A program made the translations under genes and the position numbers. DNA of 64,000 bases, taken from Antechinus flavipes (taxonomy: Eukaryota). The notes below the pieces were generated by a model that saw only the letters and a list, made by a program, of their open reading frames with translations, searched no databases and was not told where the DNA came from. Location: contig NC_067399.1 in assembly GCF_016432865.1 (NCBI RefSeq), forward strand, positions 569,594,001 through 569,658,000. Reading direction: 5' to 3'. Shown piece after piece: positions 37,590 to 51,800 of the stretch; within the stretch, counting starts at the first letter, position 1; the number at the start of each line of letters is the position of its first letter.

Positions 37590-38049
37590 GAGCTCCTAAT
37601 ATTTGTTTTTTCACTGAACCAGCCAACAATTAGCACCTACTATGCTGGGAAGAGAGAACAGGATGAAGAAAAGTTTGCCTTCCAAAAGTTAATGACCAAG
37701 TCGTTTCCACTGGAAAAAGTAGCTGAGCTCTAGGTGAACTGCTGCATATCGGGTACACTGAGGAAGGGGTAGATGTTAAATTACATATATTCCCAAGTAC
37801 TCTCCCAGCACTCGCAGCTTTCCAATTCTGGGGAGGCTTCAGCATCAAAAGAAAAGGCTGAGTGAGATGCAGGCTGCCCCCGGGAGCAAGGTACGGGGGA
37901 GGGGCTTAGGGACCCTCTACAGTACACGGGGCTGGTCTTCCATAGGGCAGGTGGATTGCGCCAGTAGGTATGGAAGGGACGCTGCCAGGGAGCAACTAGT
38001 GGACTCGTCGAAGCTCTTGTAGTAGTCTGAGATTCCCCCTGTCCCACAG

Positions 38050-38570
38050 CAGCGCCGAAGCTTTCGTTCCTAAGGGGTGCGAGGATGTCTAATACTTTTT
38101 GATGTTTCTGACCTCGAGCCCCGCTGGCTCAGCGTCCCCTCTGACGTCACCATCCACTCTCCCTACCACAACTCGCCTCTTGCTAGTTGTCTTTTCCTTT
38201 CCGGATGCGATGGGATTGCTAGGTGACGGGAACTTCCGGTGTGACCCGGAAGTGGGCCTGCTGATTCCATTCTGCCGGTGCGATTGATCCTGAGCGAAAG
38301 CTATCTTGCACTGGGTCGGGTAATCAGCTCCTTCCAGTGAGTGGGCGGAGGCTTTCGAGACTGCCCTTGAATAAACCGAGCTAAGGCGCTGGGACTTGTC
38401 CAGAGTGGAGTCTTTTCGGGACCGGACGCGGCGAGGAGGGTCTTGGGGCGGAGGCCGGTGACCCTTTTGGGGAGAATCTGCCCCAGAGTCTGAGGCTGCG
38501 CCCCGGCTCTCCTTCCTGGCGGCCTCTGCCGGTGTCCGAACCACAGCTTGGTTCTCTACGCACCCCTACC
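38050..38570 (+). promoter_or_regulatory. VPS33B CpG-island promoter
   Basis: TGACGTCA (CRE) 38142-38149; inverted ETS/GABP pair ACTTCCGG 38232-38239 and CCGGAAGT 38246-38253. Confidence 0.7.
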
Positions 38571-41500
38571 ATGGCTTTTCCGCATCGGCCTGATGCCCCT
38601 GAGCTGCCCGACTTCTCCATGCTCAAGAGACTGGCCCGGGACCAGCTCATCTACCTGCTGGAGCAGGTCAGTGCGCAGCTGGTGCCTCCCTGATGCTTCT
38701 CCACCTCCCTGCGTTTGTCCTTCAGTTGCCAGGCGCAGAGGGGGCAATGTGCACATGAGGAGCAGAAGCCACCCAGGGCTCTGGAGCGACCTTACAGAAA
38801 TAAGAACCACACGTTTACCTCTGATTCCTTAACCATAATTGCCCCCTCACCCCTCGTGTCAGGCAAGGGAGCAGTCCCAAGTCATTCGTTAAGTGCCAAC
38901 GGTGGGTGTCACGGAAACTATACCTGCCTACCAGGTGTTCATATTCTCGTGGGGGACTGTGGCCGTGGTACTAGAATGTATAACCACAGAACTGCAGCGC
39001 GGGGGATCTCTTATCAGTACCCTATGGGTCCTTGGGAACCCATGTCCTGGGAGTTTAAGGGACGTAAGAGTGCTTCAGGCCAGAGTGGGCCCAGAAGGTT
39101 TGTTTAGATAGAACATTTTAATAACTGATGAGGAGAAGGTATCCCAGCACAAAGGAAATCTGACTAGGGATGGAAGAAAAAAATTCGGTGCTTGTCATCG
39201 TAAGTACTCCCTATTGATAGAGTAGACTGTGCGTTAGAAAGTAGAACTGAAAAGTCTGTCCACTGTTTCAATGTGCTCCTGAGCAGAATAATCTCCTTGG
39301 GATATTACTTAAAGGCTGTTACAATCTGAATTCCCTCAACCTTTCTATATTTACCTCATTATTCTCTTTGAAGAGTTCTACATTTGACCTAAATTGACTT
39401 AGTAACTGCTCTGTAATTTGACCTATCTCTGTCTTTATGTTTACAATCCACAATGTTTATAATTATCTCTGCCTCTTATAATCCTTTGCTTTCTCAAGTG
39501 CCATATGATAAGGTCCTGACTCTCTTTAAATTATTATATATATATCTTTTTTTTTTTAACATATTCTTTCTCCCAATAAAATGTAAACCACTCATCAATT
39601 GGAACTTTTTGTTTTTGTCATATTTTCAGGGCCTAGCACAGGACTTTGTATTAAATAAATGTATCATAAGTTCACTGATTTACTGAAAAACTCATTAATA
39701 TTTGTTTCCAATTCAGCTTCCTGGGAAGAAGGACTTATTTATTGAGGCAGATCTGATGAGCCCTTTGGATAGAATTGCCAATGTTTCTATACTCAAGGTA
39801 CAAATTTTCTCTTGTAGGTTCTTTCATATTAGCCTTTTCTCTTTTCTTTTTAAGTGATATATTTATACTATAGTACATCACTATAGCTGAATTTAATATA
39901 TTAGCTAATGAATATTTAGTATAATATAAAATTTTGTTACCAATATCTGAAAGGTTTTTTTTTTACAAGACCTTATATTTTTATGACGTTATATACTTTT
40001 CAAAGTTTTTTCATATGAGTTCTCTTATCCGATCCTATCTATAGCAACATGAAGTGGACAAACTATACAAGGTGGAGAACAAACCTGTCTTTAGTACCAA
40101 TGAACAGTAAGTTTCACCATCCAGTGTGTCTCAATTTTAATTAACCTCAACTGGAGGTAATCCCTGGAAATGTCCATTTGATTTAGAAATCAGCACCAAG
40201 ACCAAGAGTAATATCTTATGTATAACTCTATAATCATCAATTCTAAGATGCTATATTGTCCTGATTCTTCTATGTGGTTAATCCTGCATCATTTCATGGC
40301 CAACTTATTACAATAGCTTTTTAACTTGCTTATCCAGATTACCCTAATTATCTATATTTTTATTTTCATTTTTATGTTACAATAATGTTACATTACATTT
40401 ATTTATCACAGTACATTCCACTGTCCCTCAACTGCTAAATACACGCATTACATATGAATTTTTCACATTATAAAAAATTCTTCAATACATATTTTGTACA
40501 AATGATTCCTGTTTTTCTTCCAACAACATCCTTAGGAAATTAGATTTGTGGGTTTTTTTAATTGTACTAAATTTATTTTTAATACACAGTACTTTATGAA
40601 TCATGTTGGGAGGAAAAATCAGAGCAAAAGGGGAAAAAAAAACCCAGAAAAAAGAAGTGAACATAGCATTCAGTCTCCTTAGTTCTTTTTCTGGATGCAA
40701 ATAGCATTTCCTGCCCAAAGTCTAATGGGATTGCTTTGGATCATTGAACCACTGAGAATAACCAAGCCTTTCATAGTTGATCATTGCATATTCTTGCTGT
40801 TATATATAATGTATTCCAGGTTCTGCTTGTTTCACTCAGCATCAATTCCTATAAATTTTTTCAGTCCTTTCTAAAATCAGCTTGTTCATCATTTTTTTTT
40901 ATAGAACAATCATATTCCATTACCTTCATAAACCACAACTTGTTCAGCCATTCCCCAGATTTGGGCATCCACTCATTTTCCACTTCTTTGCTACCACAAA
41001 AAGAGCTGCTACAAACATTTTTGCACATGTAGATCCTTTTCTCTCCTTTATGATTTCCTTGGGACACAGACTCTATAATGACACTGCTGGGTCAAAGGGC
41101 GTCCACAGTTTTATAGCCCTTTGGGCATAGTTCCTATCTATATTTTCTAAAACAGAACTTTCACCATGTCAGTGATCTGCTCAAAACTGTTTAATGATTC
41201 CCTATTGCCTACCAATTAAAATTCAGAAGCTTAATCTAGCAATCCTGGCTCTACTTAATCTGGTCTTAATCTTTCCAATTCTTTCTTCTATTGTTCTCCT
41301 CTACACCCTCCTATTTCAGTCAGATTTTTTCATTGTTCACCAAAAATGCCATGTTATCTCTGCCTCAGCCTTTGTTTATCCCTTTCTATTGCTTAAATAC
41401 CATTTTTATTCTTTTCTGTATCTTCAGATCCTACCCAATCTTTGAATCTTGGCTCAGGTTCGCAGTAGTCTCTTTTGCCCACGAAAACAGTAGCACTCGT

Positions 41501-44500
41501 TTATGCCTCTCATTTGGCATTCAATTATAAATTGCCTCATAGCATTTCTTGAATTTTATGATTATAAGGCCAGGAGCATCTTTGTCTCATCCAGGGTATC
41601 TAGCATGTATAAAGGCACTAGTAAATAACTTTTTTAATGAAGCATAGGCTTTCATTGGACAGTGGATTATGAAATGCCAGGATAGCTGGAAAAGTACTTA
41701 TATCAGGACAGTAGATCATCTTAGGATGGACCAAATAGTTCAAGAGTAAAGACTCTTCTTAGTTTTTTACAAATTTCCTGATTTTGTCATTGACATTCCT
41801 TCTCTCGTATCTTTGTTTCTCCTCAGGTTATGTTTCCTTGTTCGGCCCCGAATCAGGAACATGCGATACATTGCAAGTGAGTATAAAGTGGGTTGCTGAG
41901 ATTGAACTGGGGATGAGTAAGATTGGTTGACCTTGGTATTAAGGAACTTTGTTGGGAAGAGATGTGATTTAGTTGATAATGGCTGGAAGAAAGCTGACTT
42001 CCCTGCCTCTGCCAGGTCCGTTCTACCTGCCATTACCATTTTTCCTAAACTAAATACTATTGATAAGGACTACGGCTCCCTTCTCTTTATAGACCTTGTT
42101 AATACTGACAAAATGGCTGGTCGAACTCGAAGATACAAAGTGATCTTTAGCCCACAGAAGGTGAGTACAGATTCAGTATAGAGACCACGAGCAAAAGGAG
42201 GTAGGATTGGGGGCTAGAAAGGGATATGTGAACAGCAGCTATCTCCCTACATTACCATCTCATCTAAAAAGTATTACTAGACAAGCTAATTGGGATCAGA
42301 AGTGGGATCCACCTTTCATTCCACTGAACTATGTTACCTCTTAAGTTTATAGAGAAAAATGAAAATAGAAGACAATGTGGGGAGATTAATCTAGTTTTTC
42401 TTTCTTTTTCAGTTCTATGCATGTGAGATGGTACTTGAGGAAGAGGGAATTTATGGAGGTGAGAGATGATGGAAGTGACTCAGGAAGGAATAGAAAATGA
42501 GAAAAAACTGTTGGCCAAGCATGTCTGTCATAAACACTATCTCTGCTCTGTTGCCAGTAGGCTGAGGGGATAGAAAATCACAAAGTAGGAATGGCATTAT
42601 GTAGCAAAGAGGAAGCATGGAGTAGTGAAAAGAACACAGGACTTTCAGAGAATATGGGTTTAAATTGTGGCTCATCTACTTACTAGCTTGGGCTCTTAGA
42701 CAAGTAACTTGATTTCTTTGGGTTTTGGTTCCTTTTTCTTTAAAGTAAGGGGTTGGACTGGATCAGCAGTTCTCAAAGTATGGTCTATGGACCCCAGAGG
42801 TCCCTAAGGCCATTTCAGGAGATTAGGGAGGTGAACATTTTCATAATAAAACCAAAATTATTTATCTTTTTTTCAACTACATATCTGTGTGAGGCTAGAT
42901 TTCTTCTTGTACTTCAACCAAAATAATATATATATCAGATTGAAGGCAGAAGCAGATATAAGAATTCAGCTGTGTTCTGTTAAAGTAGATATTAAAGAGA
43001 TTTGCAAAAAGGTATAAGAGTGCCACATATCTCTAATTTTTTTTTGGTTTTGAAAATAAAATTATTAATATAAAATTAAAGTTTTAATTTTGAATATGAT
43101 AAATAGATATAAGATATAATAATAAGCATGATAGATGTAATAACCCTCATAAATAAAAGCTCTTTGAGATCCTTAACAACTTTTAAGAGTATAAAGGGGT
43201 CCTGAGACTAAAAAGTTTGAGAACTGCTAGATTAGCACTGATTTCAGAGTTGGGAAATTTGGATTCAGTTCCCAGGTCCAATGTTCTGTTAAATGAGAAT
43301 GGTAATTCATTTCTGACTGCTTCACAGTGTTATTCAGACAAAAATGCTTTACAAACTTAAAGCCTTCTGAGTAGTGGGCTATTATGAATGGCTTAAAGAC
43401 TGCTGTTGTCAGTATGGTCCCTCTCTATAGCTGGTTGCTGTTATCCATACCCACAGATGTAAGCTGTGATGAGTGGGCCTTCTCCTTGCTGCCTCTTGAT
43501 GTGGATCTCCTCAGCATGGAACTGCCTGAATTCTTCAGAGACTATTTCCTGGTAAATGCAGATCCTGAGGTATAGGGTACAAGGCCTAACGCAACAGAAC
43601 TAAGATTTTTTTTTTGTCTAATTTTTGCCTATAATCTATCATTGAAGAATATCACCACAGATTGGATATTTGAACTTTGTCTGAGAACTAATCTGTTAGT
43701 TTTTTTCAATGTTTTTCTAGGCTTTGCTTTGTTGAATAGGGATATATTAAAGCTAACAGTCTCTCAAGTAATAAAGATGTATTACAGAACCAGATCCTGA
43801 GCGAAAGAAATCATCACTCCATTTACCCATATGATTCATGTGTCCCTTATAGGAGGGAAACCAGCGTTGGATTAATACTGTGGCCCAAGCCCTGCACCTT
43901 CTCAGCAATCTCTATGGACCTTTTGCAAATTGTTATGGAATTGGCCGATGTGCCAAGGTAAGAGCCCTCTTTTCAAACCCCTTCTTTCCTCATTCTTCTT
44001 TTATTCTTTATCTTCTTTGGTTCTGTGTCCACTGTTGGTCATTCAGGACTTCTGCTGTCTTAACTTTTACTCTGTGCTCTGAAGCACTTCCTCAGAGAAG
44101 AGAACTGACTTATATGCTAAGCCAGAGGTTGGCTGTTGCGAGACCATCTGGGTTACATATCTGTCTATGGTTCATTATTATTATATTGTTTTCCGTTTAT
44201 AATATATGGAGCATGGTGTTATCCAGCATAGAAGGAGATGGAATGGATTAATAGTATGAGCTCTTACCCTCAGGACTTCAAGATCTCCACAAGGGGCTAA
44301 GCCCCTTTTGGACCCTGATACTAGTCACTGCATTAGGGGTTGGTAGCATGAATATAAGTCTGAAGACATCTTGGGCTTTGAATAGATGGTGTACGAGATG
44401 TGGAGGGAACTGGAAGAGGAAGAGGAAGGTGAGGTAAAAGGCCGGAAACCAGAAATTGGGCACATTTTTCTTCTGGATAGAGGTAGGTACTCAGTTTGCC

Positions 44501-47500
44501 CTCTTTTTTGAATCAAAGATGTGAGACTGTGGAAGAAGGGATAGCAAAATCAGATTTAACTATGTGAATTTCAGATTTGGGTAGGAATATTGAGTACTTG
44601 GTCAAACAGAGAAACTTGGTGTTGATTTGGTGTTGAAACAGTGACTTTAAGAAGAAGTCATTGTGGAAGAGTACTTTCTGAAAATCCTCTCTCCTTCATG
44701 GACTTTATTTTCAGATGTAGACTTTGTGACAGCACTCTGCTCCCAAGTAGTATACGAAGGGCTGGTGGATGACACTTTCCGAATCAAGTGTGGTAAGTGT
44801 TAATGGCCCCTCTGCTTCCTAATGAAGATGGAAAAGTCATTCTATCAGGAACTTCTACATTCATTGATTTCTGGAAAATTTTAGGAACTTTCAACAACTC
44901 CTAGTTTTTAGTACAGTACTAAGTAACATCTCTGGCTGTCCTTGTTTCAGTGAAGAATTAGAGCAGAAAAGTGATTTTTAAAATAATTATTTTTTTCCTC
45001 AATTATATGTAATAATAAATTTTAACTTTTTTAAAAAATAATTTTGAGTTCCAAATTCTCTCTCTTCCTCCTCTCCTCCCTTTATGAGATGGTGAGCAAT
45101 CTTATATAGGTAATTCATTTGCAATCATGTAAAACATTTCCATATTCATCATTTTGTGGAAGAAAACTTGAACCCTCTTCCTCCAAAAAAAAAAAAAAAA
45201 AAGGAAAGAGTGAAAAGAATATGCTTCAATTTTCATTTGTAGTTCTTTCTCTGCAGGTATATAGCATTTTCATCATGAGTCCTTTAGATCATTGTATTTC
45301 TGAGAATGATAAGTCATTTAGCTGATCTTTACAAAATATTGCTGTATCTATATCTATATCTAAAACCAGTGTTTTTCTGGTTCTGCTCACTTCACTTTGC
45401 ATCAGTTCATGTAAATCTTTTAAGGTTTTTCTGAAATCATCATACTTGTCATTTTTTAAAGAACTCAGTAGCTTTTTATTCTCTCCGTTTTCAGTGATCA
45501 TCATCCCATCTACTCTAATACTCCAAGCTATAGTTCTTACACACTTCTTTTGACCCATTTGTTTTACCTAACATGAGTGAAAAAACAAAACAAGAAAATC
45601 TTCCTCTTTAAACTATACATTGCTTCATTCAACATCAGCTCATTTTGAGACCTTTAATACTGTTTATACTTGTCATTTCTTATACCACAATAGTATTCCA
45701 TTAAAATGATGAATCTCAGTTTGTTCAATCATTCCCCAACTGATAAGACATCCCCTCGATTTCCAATTCTTGACCACCACAAAAAGAGTTACAATAAATA
45801 TCTTTGTACAAGTAGGTCCTTTGACACAAGGTGATTTCAAAGTCAATGGAGGTACTGGTGACCTTCCCTTTTACTTCCCTAGGGAGTGTTGACTTTGGTC
45901 CAGATGTCACATCCTCTGACAAGAGCCTCAAAGTTCTGCTTAATGCCCAGGATAAGGTTAGAGTGTGGTTCTTGGGAAACTGGGACACTGCCTGAATTCA
46001 AAAGCTGTGGGATGGTGGGCTAGTCCATATCAAACAGGCACACCACAGTGTTGTTAACTAAAACATAGCAGATATTCAATTAATACCTGTTGATTGATAG
46101 ATACCATGTGATCTTTCTGCATTTTTCCATTGGATAAGATGAGCGTTTTGTTACATCTAGGAGTGGGGCTTTATGACCTTGATCAAATTGGGTGGGAGAA
46201 TCGGAGGATATGGTTCTGCAGTCCTGACCTAGTTCTGGTGTTTCCACAGGTGTTTAATGAAATTCGTAATGAGCATTTCTCCAATGTCTTTGGTTTCTTA
46301 AGTCAGAAGGCCCGGAACCTGCAGGCACAGTATGATGTGAGGCCCCAATCCACTAGGTCTCTAATCCCTCCCCAAAGTCACCCCCTAAAGCTACTTCATT
46401 TACTTTTCATTAGTGATATTATATGAACTCCCCATCTTCCCTGCAAGCATTATAACATAATGGAAAGATTATTGACCCAGAAATTAAAAGCCCTAGATTC
46501 TAATGTTAGTGTTGCTACTAAGAGACCATAGATGGTCATTGCCTGTGCTTAAGTTTCCTCATTTGCTAATGAAGAAGTTGAACTAAATAATAATTAAATT
46601 CTTTCAAAATTCTCACATTCTGTGATACTATGATTTTAAAGTGGAGGAAATGGAAGTATAGGAGTTGCCTTATTTACCACAGAGTACCAGAAAATTGTCA
46701 CTGACTTGAGCCCCTCTCCCCAGCGCCGGCGCAGCATGGATATCAAGCAGATGAAGAACTTTGTCTCCCAGGAGCTCAAAGGGCTGAAGCAAGAGCACCG
46801 ACTGCTGAGTTTACGTAGGTCCCAGATGGAGAGAGGGCTGCATGGAACCAAGTACCTGGTTTTTCCAAGAACATGAATATACAGAAAAACTCTAAGGGGA
46901 GAGGAATTGAGGAATTTATTTGCACTAAAGGAAAAAGTAGTTCCAAATGTTGTCTCATAGAATTGTGCCCTTCTAAGTAGAAAAGAAGGTATTCTGATTT
47001 TAGGGATGATCTAACTTCCAGTTTGTCCAATCTCTAGATATTGGAGCCTGTGAGTCTATCATGAAGAAGAAAACCAAGCAAGATTTCCAGGAGCTGATCA
47101 AGACTGAACATGGTGACTCTAATTAATTTTTGCCAGTCTGCTTTTCTTCTGCTCTCATAACATGTTTTCCATAAACTACTGCCCTCTCTGGAGTCTCTTG
47201 TTCTTTTGTTATACCTCTTTCTAGCTGATGCTGTGGCATTGACCCCTGCTACAAGCCCTGTGAACTCTTTTGTCTGAGTTGACTCTTCTCAGCATTGAGC
47301 AATCACAGAGGGGATCCTGTAACAGGCAGTTTTCCCTAAATCCAAAGTAATACTCTTCAATTCCTCCTAGCACTGCTAGAAGGATTCAACATCCGTGAGA
47401 GCACAAGCTATATTGAGGAGCACATTGACCGCCAGGTGAGTCCAGAAGACAAGGCAGCAAGACTTGTTTTTTTAGAAGTATAATTTTCCATAGGCAAAAA

Positions 47501-48773
47501 GGAATGGAGAAAAGCATTTAAGTTATGGGATTTAAATTCTTATTGCTTGCTTGTTTTGCCTTTCAGGTATCACCTATTGAAAGTCTCCGTCTCATGTGTC
47601 TCCTTTCCATCACTGAGAATGGTAAGTAATCCCAGTAATCAAATAATAGGTTGGTAAAAATGGAGGACTTCTATAGATATTAATACCCTGGGAAATAAAA
47701 TACAAAACATCAGGCTGACAGTAGAACCACAATTCGTTGATATGTGATCTCTGGCTCTGATGTGTCTTACAGCAGTAGCAAAAATCTCAGTGTATCCACC
47801 TGTACCTTCACATCTTATGTAACTCTTAGCAATGTCTTGATAAATTTTCCAGAAGAAATCCATCCCATTTGCTGCTGGAGAACTTCCTCTAAGACTTTAC
47901 AATTGACCAGTTCCCAAATGAGCTCTCTTAGGCTATGAATCTGTTATCCTTTCATCTTCCTATTCATCCTTGGATTTATGGAGAATGTACAGAAAAACAG
48001 AACATTGTTCTGTAATTGCAGTTAATACTTTACTTGAAAATGCAAAATCCTGATAGTGAATAGAACTTTTAGGATCATTGGATCCTAGTTCTTTTGCCCC
48101 AGATTACTACCCCATTTCAGCCTCTGAAAGATAATAGTAAATTGCATGTCTGAAATGGAAATTCTAGCAGTCATCTTGTCTCCATCCTCACTTCCAGCAA
48201 GGTTTTGTAGAAATGATGTCTCAGGAAAAGTAAGAAAACTGATGTATTTCATAAGGATTTTGAAGAAAGGAAATTCTACAGCCTTTCATGATAATTTATT
48301 CTAATGTCTTTATCAGTAGTAATTTCATTATTATATTTACTCAAGTCACTTTTCCTGCATTTGAATCTGATTTCCTCTTCCCTCCATATAAAGTGAAAAC
48401 AACTGATCACACTCTCCTTAAGAAAGCACTTTATGATAAATGTGGAAATATATTTAGTTTAACCTAGATTGGGTTACTTGCAATTTAGGGGAAGGGGGAG
48501 AGGAAAGGGAAGAAGAAAAATAAGGAACACAATGTTTTGTAAGGTGAATGTTGAACACTATCTTTTCATATATTTTGAAAAATAAAAAGCTTTTATTATA
48601 AAAAAAATTCCCATCCACATTCAGAGAGAGAACTATGGTGACTGAATGCAGATCAAAGCATACTATTTTTCAACTTTTTTGCTTGTTTGTCTGCTTTATC
48701 TTTCTCTTTGTTTTTTCCTTTTTGTTCTGATTTTTCTTTTACAATCTGACTAATATGAAAATATGTTCAAAAT

Positions 48774-48821
<48 letters not shown>

Positions 48822-51800
48822 ATATCAGATTACCCTCTGTTTTGAAGATGAAGGAGGTAAGGCAGGAAGAGAGAAAATTTGGAACTCAAAAATTTTACAA
48901 AAAGGAACATAGAAAACTGTCTTTACATGTAATAAAATATTATTAAATGCTAAAAAAAGACAAACAAGAAAGCCCTTTCAATTCAATTCAACAAATAATG
49001 ACTTGCTCATTGCCTTCTTTAGGCTAGGCATTTAGAGATCATAATCAAATGACCTTAGTCTCTTAATTTTTATAGGGCTTTTCAAGGCACATTTTTGTGT
49101 AGTTTGTCATTAATCATAAAGTCAGTATGGCTATCAGGAGGTCATTTGTCTGAAATAAGAGTGTACCTAAATCAAGTTAGACAGATGGTTATTAATCTCT
49201 TTCTTACAGGTTTTGAAGTAGGAAATCCTTTTTTTAAAAATTATTATTATTATAGCTTTTTATTGACAAAACATAAGCATGAGTAATTTTTCAACACTGA
49301 CCCTTGCAAAATCCTCGTTCTAACTTTTCCTCTCCTTTCCCCATCCCCTCCCCTAGATGACAGGTAATTCAATACATGTTAAATATGTTAAAGTATATGC
49401 TAAATGAAGGAGGAAATTCTTAAGCTTCTTCTCTCCTTGACCTCTTCTCTTTCTCCTCCTCATCCCCTCCCCAATTCCTACCCTAATAATAGTAAGACCT
49501 TTGGTCTAGAGCTAGAGGAGATCTTAGTGGCTTTCTAGAGAAAATCCTCAGATGGTGCAAACTAATATACAGAGAACTTACATGATTTGTCCAGGTTCTA
49601 TCTTGTGGCTGTCTGGATTCAAGTCCAAGTCCTTCTGATTTCAAGTGCAACACTATTCTACCCTCATTGCTTTTACTCCTACTCATTCAGCTCCTTTATA
49701 GCTTAGTATTCTGCATGCTGGCTGCTTTCTTTGATCTCATAGAAGATATACTTCATCCTTCAGAAGAAAGGATTAGTCAGGCAGTCATAGATTTGAAAAT
49801 TAGTTAATAACTTATGAGCACAAAACAGTATTAATGATGATATATTGAATTTTTTTTTTTTTGGTTTAAGATCAGTTCATAGACTATGTATTACAGGATA
49901 CTTTGTTGAAACCAGTTTAACTAATTTACACTATCTTCTTCATCCATAGGTTTGGTGCCCAAAGATTACCGCTCTCTGAAAACCCAGTATCTTCAGGTGA
50001 AGACTAGAATAGAATTTTAAGAGACTGGGGGAGGGAGGAGTTGGTATGTACTTTGGAGAAAGTTAGTTGAAAGAATCCCTTCTCATTCCCCTCTTTAATC
50101 TTGTTCTCTATAATCATTTCCTGATCTAGTTCTCACTGTCTGACAAACCTGAAGTGAGTGTATAGCAGTGGCCTTTTATGTGACTCAAGACTCATCATAC
50201 TAGGCATTTCTGTTCATATGATATAACTCATAATGTGTGCCCAGTGCTGAGAGAGCCTACTCTGTCCGACCCATTATAGATTTCTTAACCTTTGGAGACT
50301 CTAGCACTTCCTGGCTTTAGTAGGGTGGTAATAGGAGTTTCCTTCAAGTCCTACTTGATTCATAGACTTCTGTGGTAATTCTAATTCTTGGCTAAGCTTC
50401 ACTTTTCTTCCTTTCTCACCATTCATAGTTCTTATGCTATGCACTTGACACCTGATTATATTCATTTTATTACTTCCTATTTTGTGTCTTTTTTGGTTTT
50501 ATAAGTGGAAATCACATCTCTGAAAAGCTCCATAAAAAAAAAAAAACACACTCCTTGAGAGCAGTTACTATGTCATATTTCCTCTATAGTGCCTAAGCTG
50601 TATCTGGGCACAAATAACAAAGTGCAGAGAAGTTATTCTATGTGTCTACAAATAAATCCTTTCAGTAAATACTGGTTGGATTCCATTTCTTCCAGAGCTA
50701 TGGGTCTGAGCACCTGCTGACCTTCTCTAATCTGCGTCGAACAGGGCTGCTAACAGAACAGGTTCCAGGAGATACTCTTACTGCAGTAGAAAATAAAGTG
50801 AGCAAATTGGTGACTGATAAAGCTGCAGGTGAGTATTATCTGACTGTTTGGTTTCTTCACTTTTTAGCACACCAGAGCAGACTGTCCAACCTGAGTGTTG
50901 TTAGCAATACAGTAGTGGAAGAAGAAAAAAGTGTTGGATCCATGGCTACTCAATGAGTAATCATCCACTTAGTCAGTCCCAAGATTTTCCTATCACCCCT
51001 GGCTTTGTTAGGCCTCATCTCATTGTGATTGCTTAGTGGGAAGCAGCTACTGTATACAAAGAGAGAATTGGGGAAAGAGATAGAAAGGACATCTTATATC
51101 CAGGAAAATGTAAATCCATTGTCTTTTTCCCTGGTCAGACCATTTTGAGTATTGTTAATAGTTCTAAGTACCATATTTTAGGAAGAATATTGATAAGCAA
51201 GAGAATGCCTGGAAAGGGCCTCAAGTTTATACCATGTGAGAACTGGTTGAATGAACTTTGGATATTTATTCTGGAGAAGAGACTTCTAAGGGGTACTGTG
51301 ATAACTGTTCATTAAAAGAGGAATTAGTCTTATTCTTCATGGTCTCAAAGGGGACAAAAGAAGGAGTATTAGAGAAGAATTCACAAAGGCTAATTTGGAT
51401 TTGGTTTTAAGAAGAAGCCTCCAAAAAATTAAAGCTATCCACAAATATAATTTGTCAGCTTTGGGAGGGAGCAGGTTCCCCTTCACTGAAGACCTTCAAA
51501 GCAGAGGCCATGTGTGCTAGAATTTTTATCTGTTCAAGTAAAGATTGGACTAGAGGGATTCTGAGGCTTTTATTTCTGAGACTCTGGTTTCTTTATCATT
51601 TCTTCCTTGTGAGCTACAAGGACTCCTTGAGAAGTGCTGCTTCAGCTCTTGAGTTTAATATAACATCCTTGTGATTAGAATTATCCATGACAGTGCTCCT
51701 AATCTGGGAACACTGGATGGAATTTAGCTCATTTTTCTTCTCCAGGAAAACTCACTGATGCTTTCAGTTCTTTGGCTAAGAGAAGCAATTTTCGTGGCAT

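Noticed and set aside
37781-39111. ORFs in the VPS33B promoter and first intron
   Set aside because: CpG-island composition; a divergent non-coding transcript is possible but unsupported.
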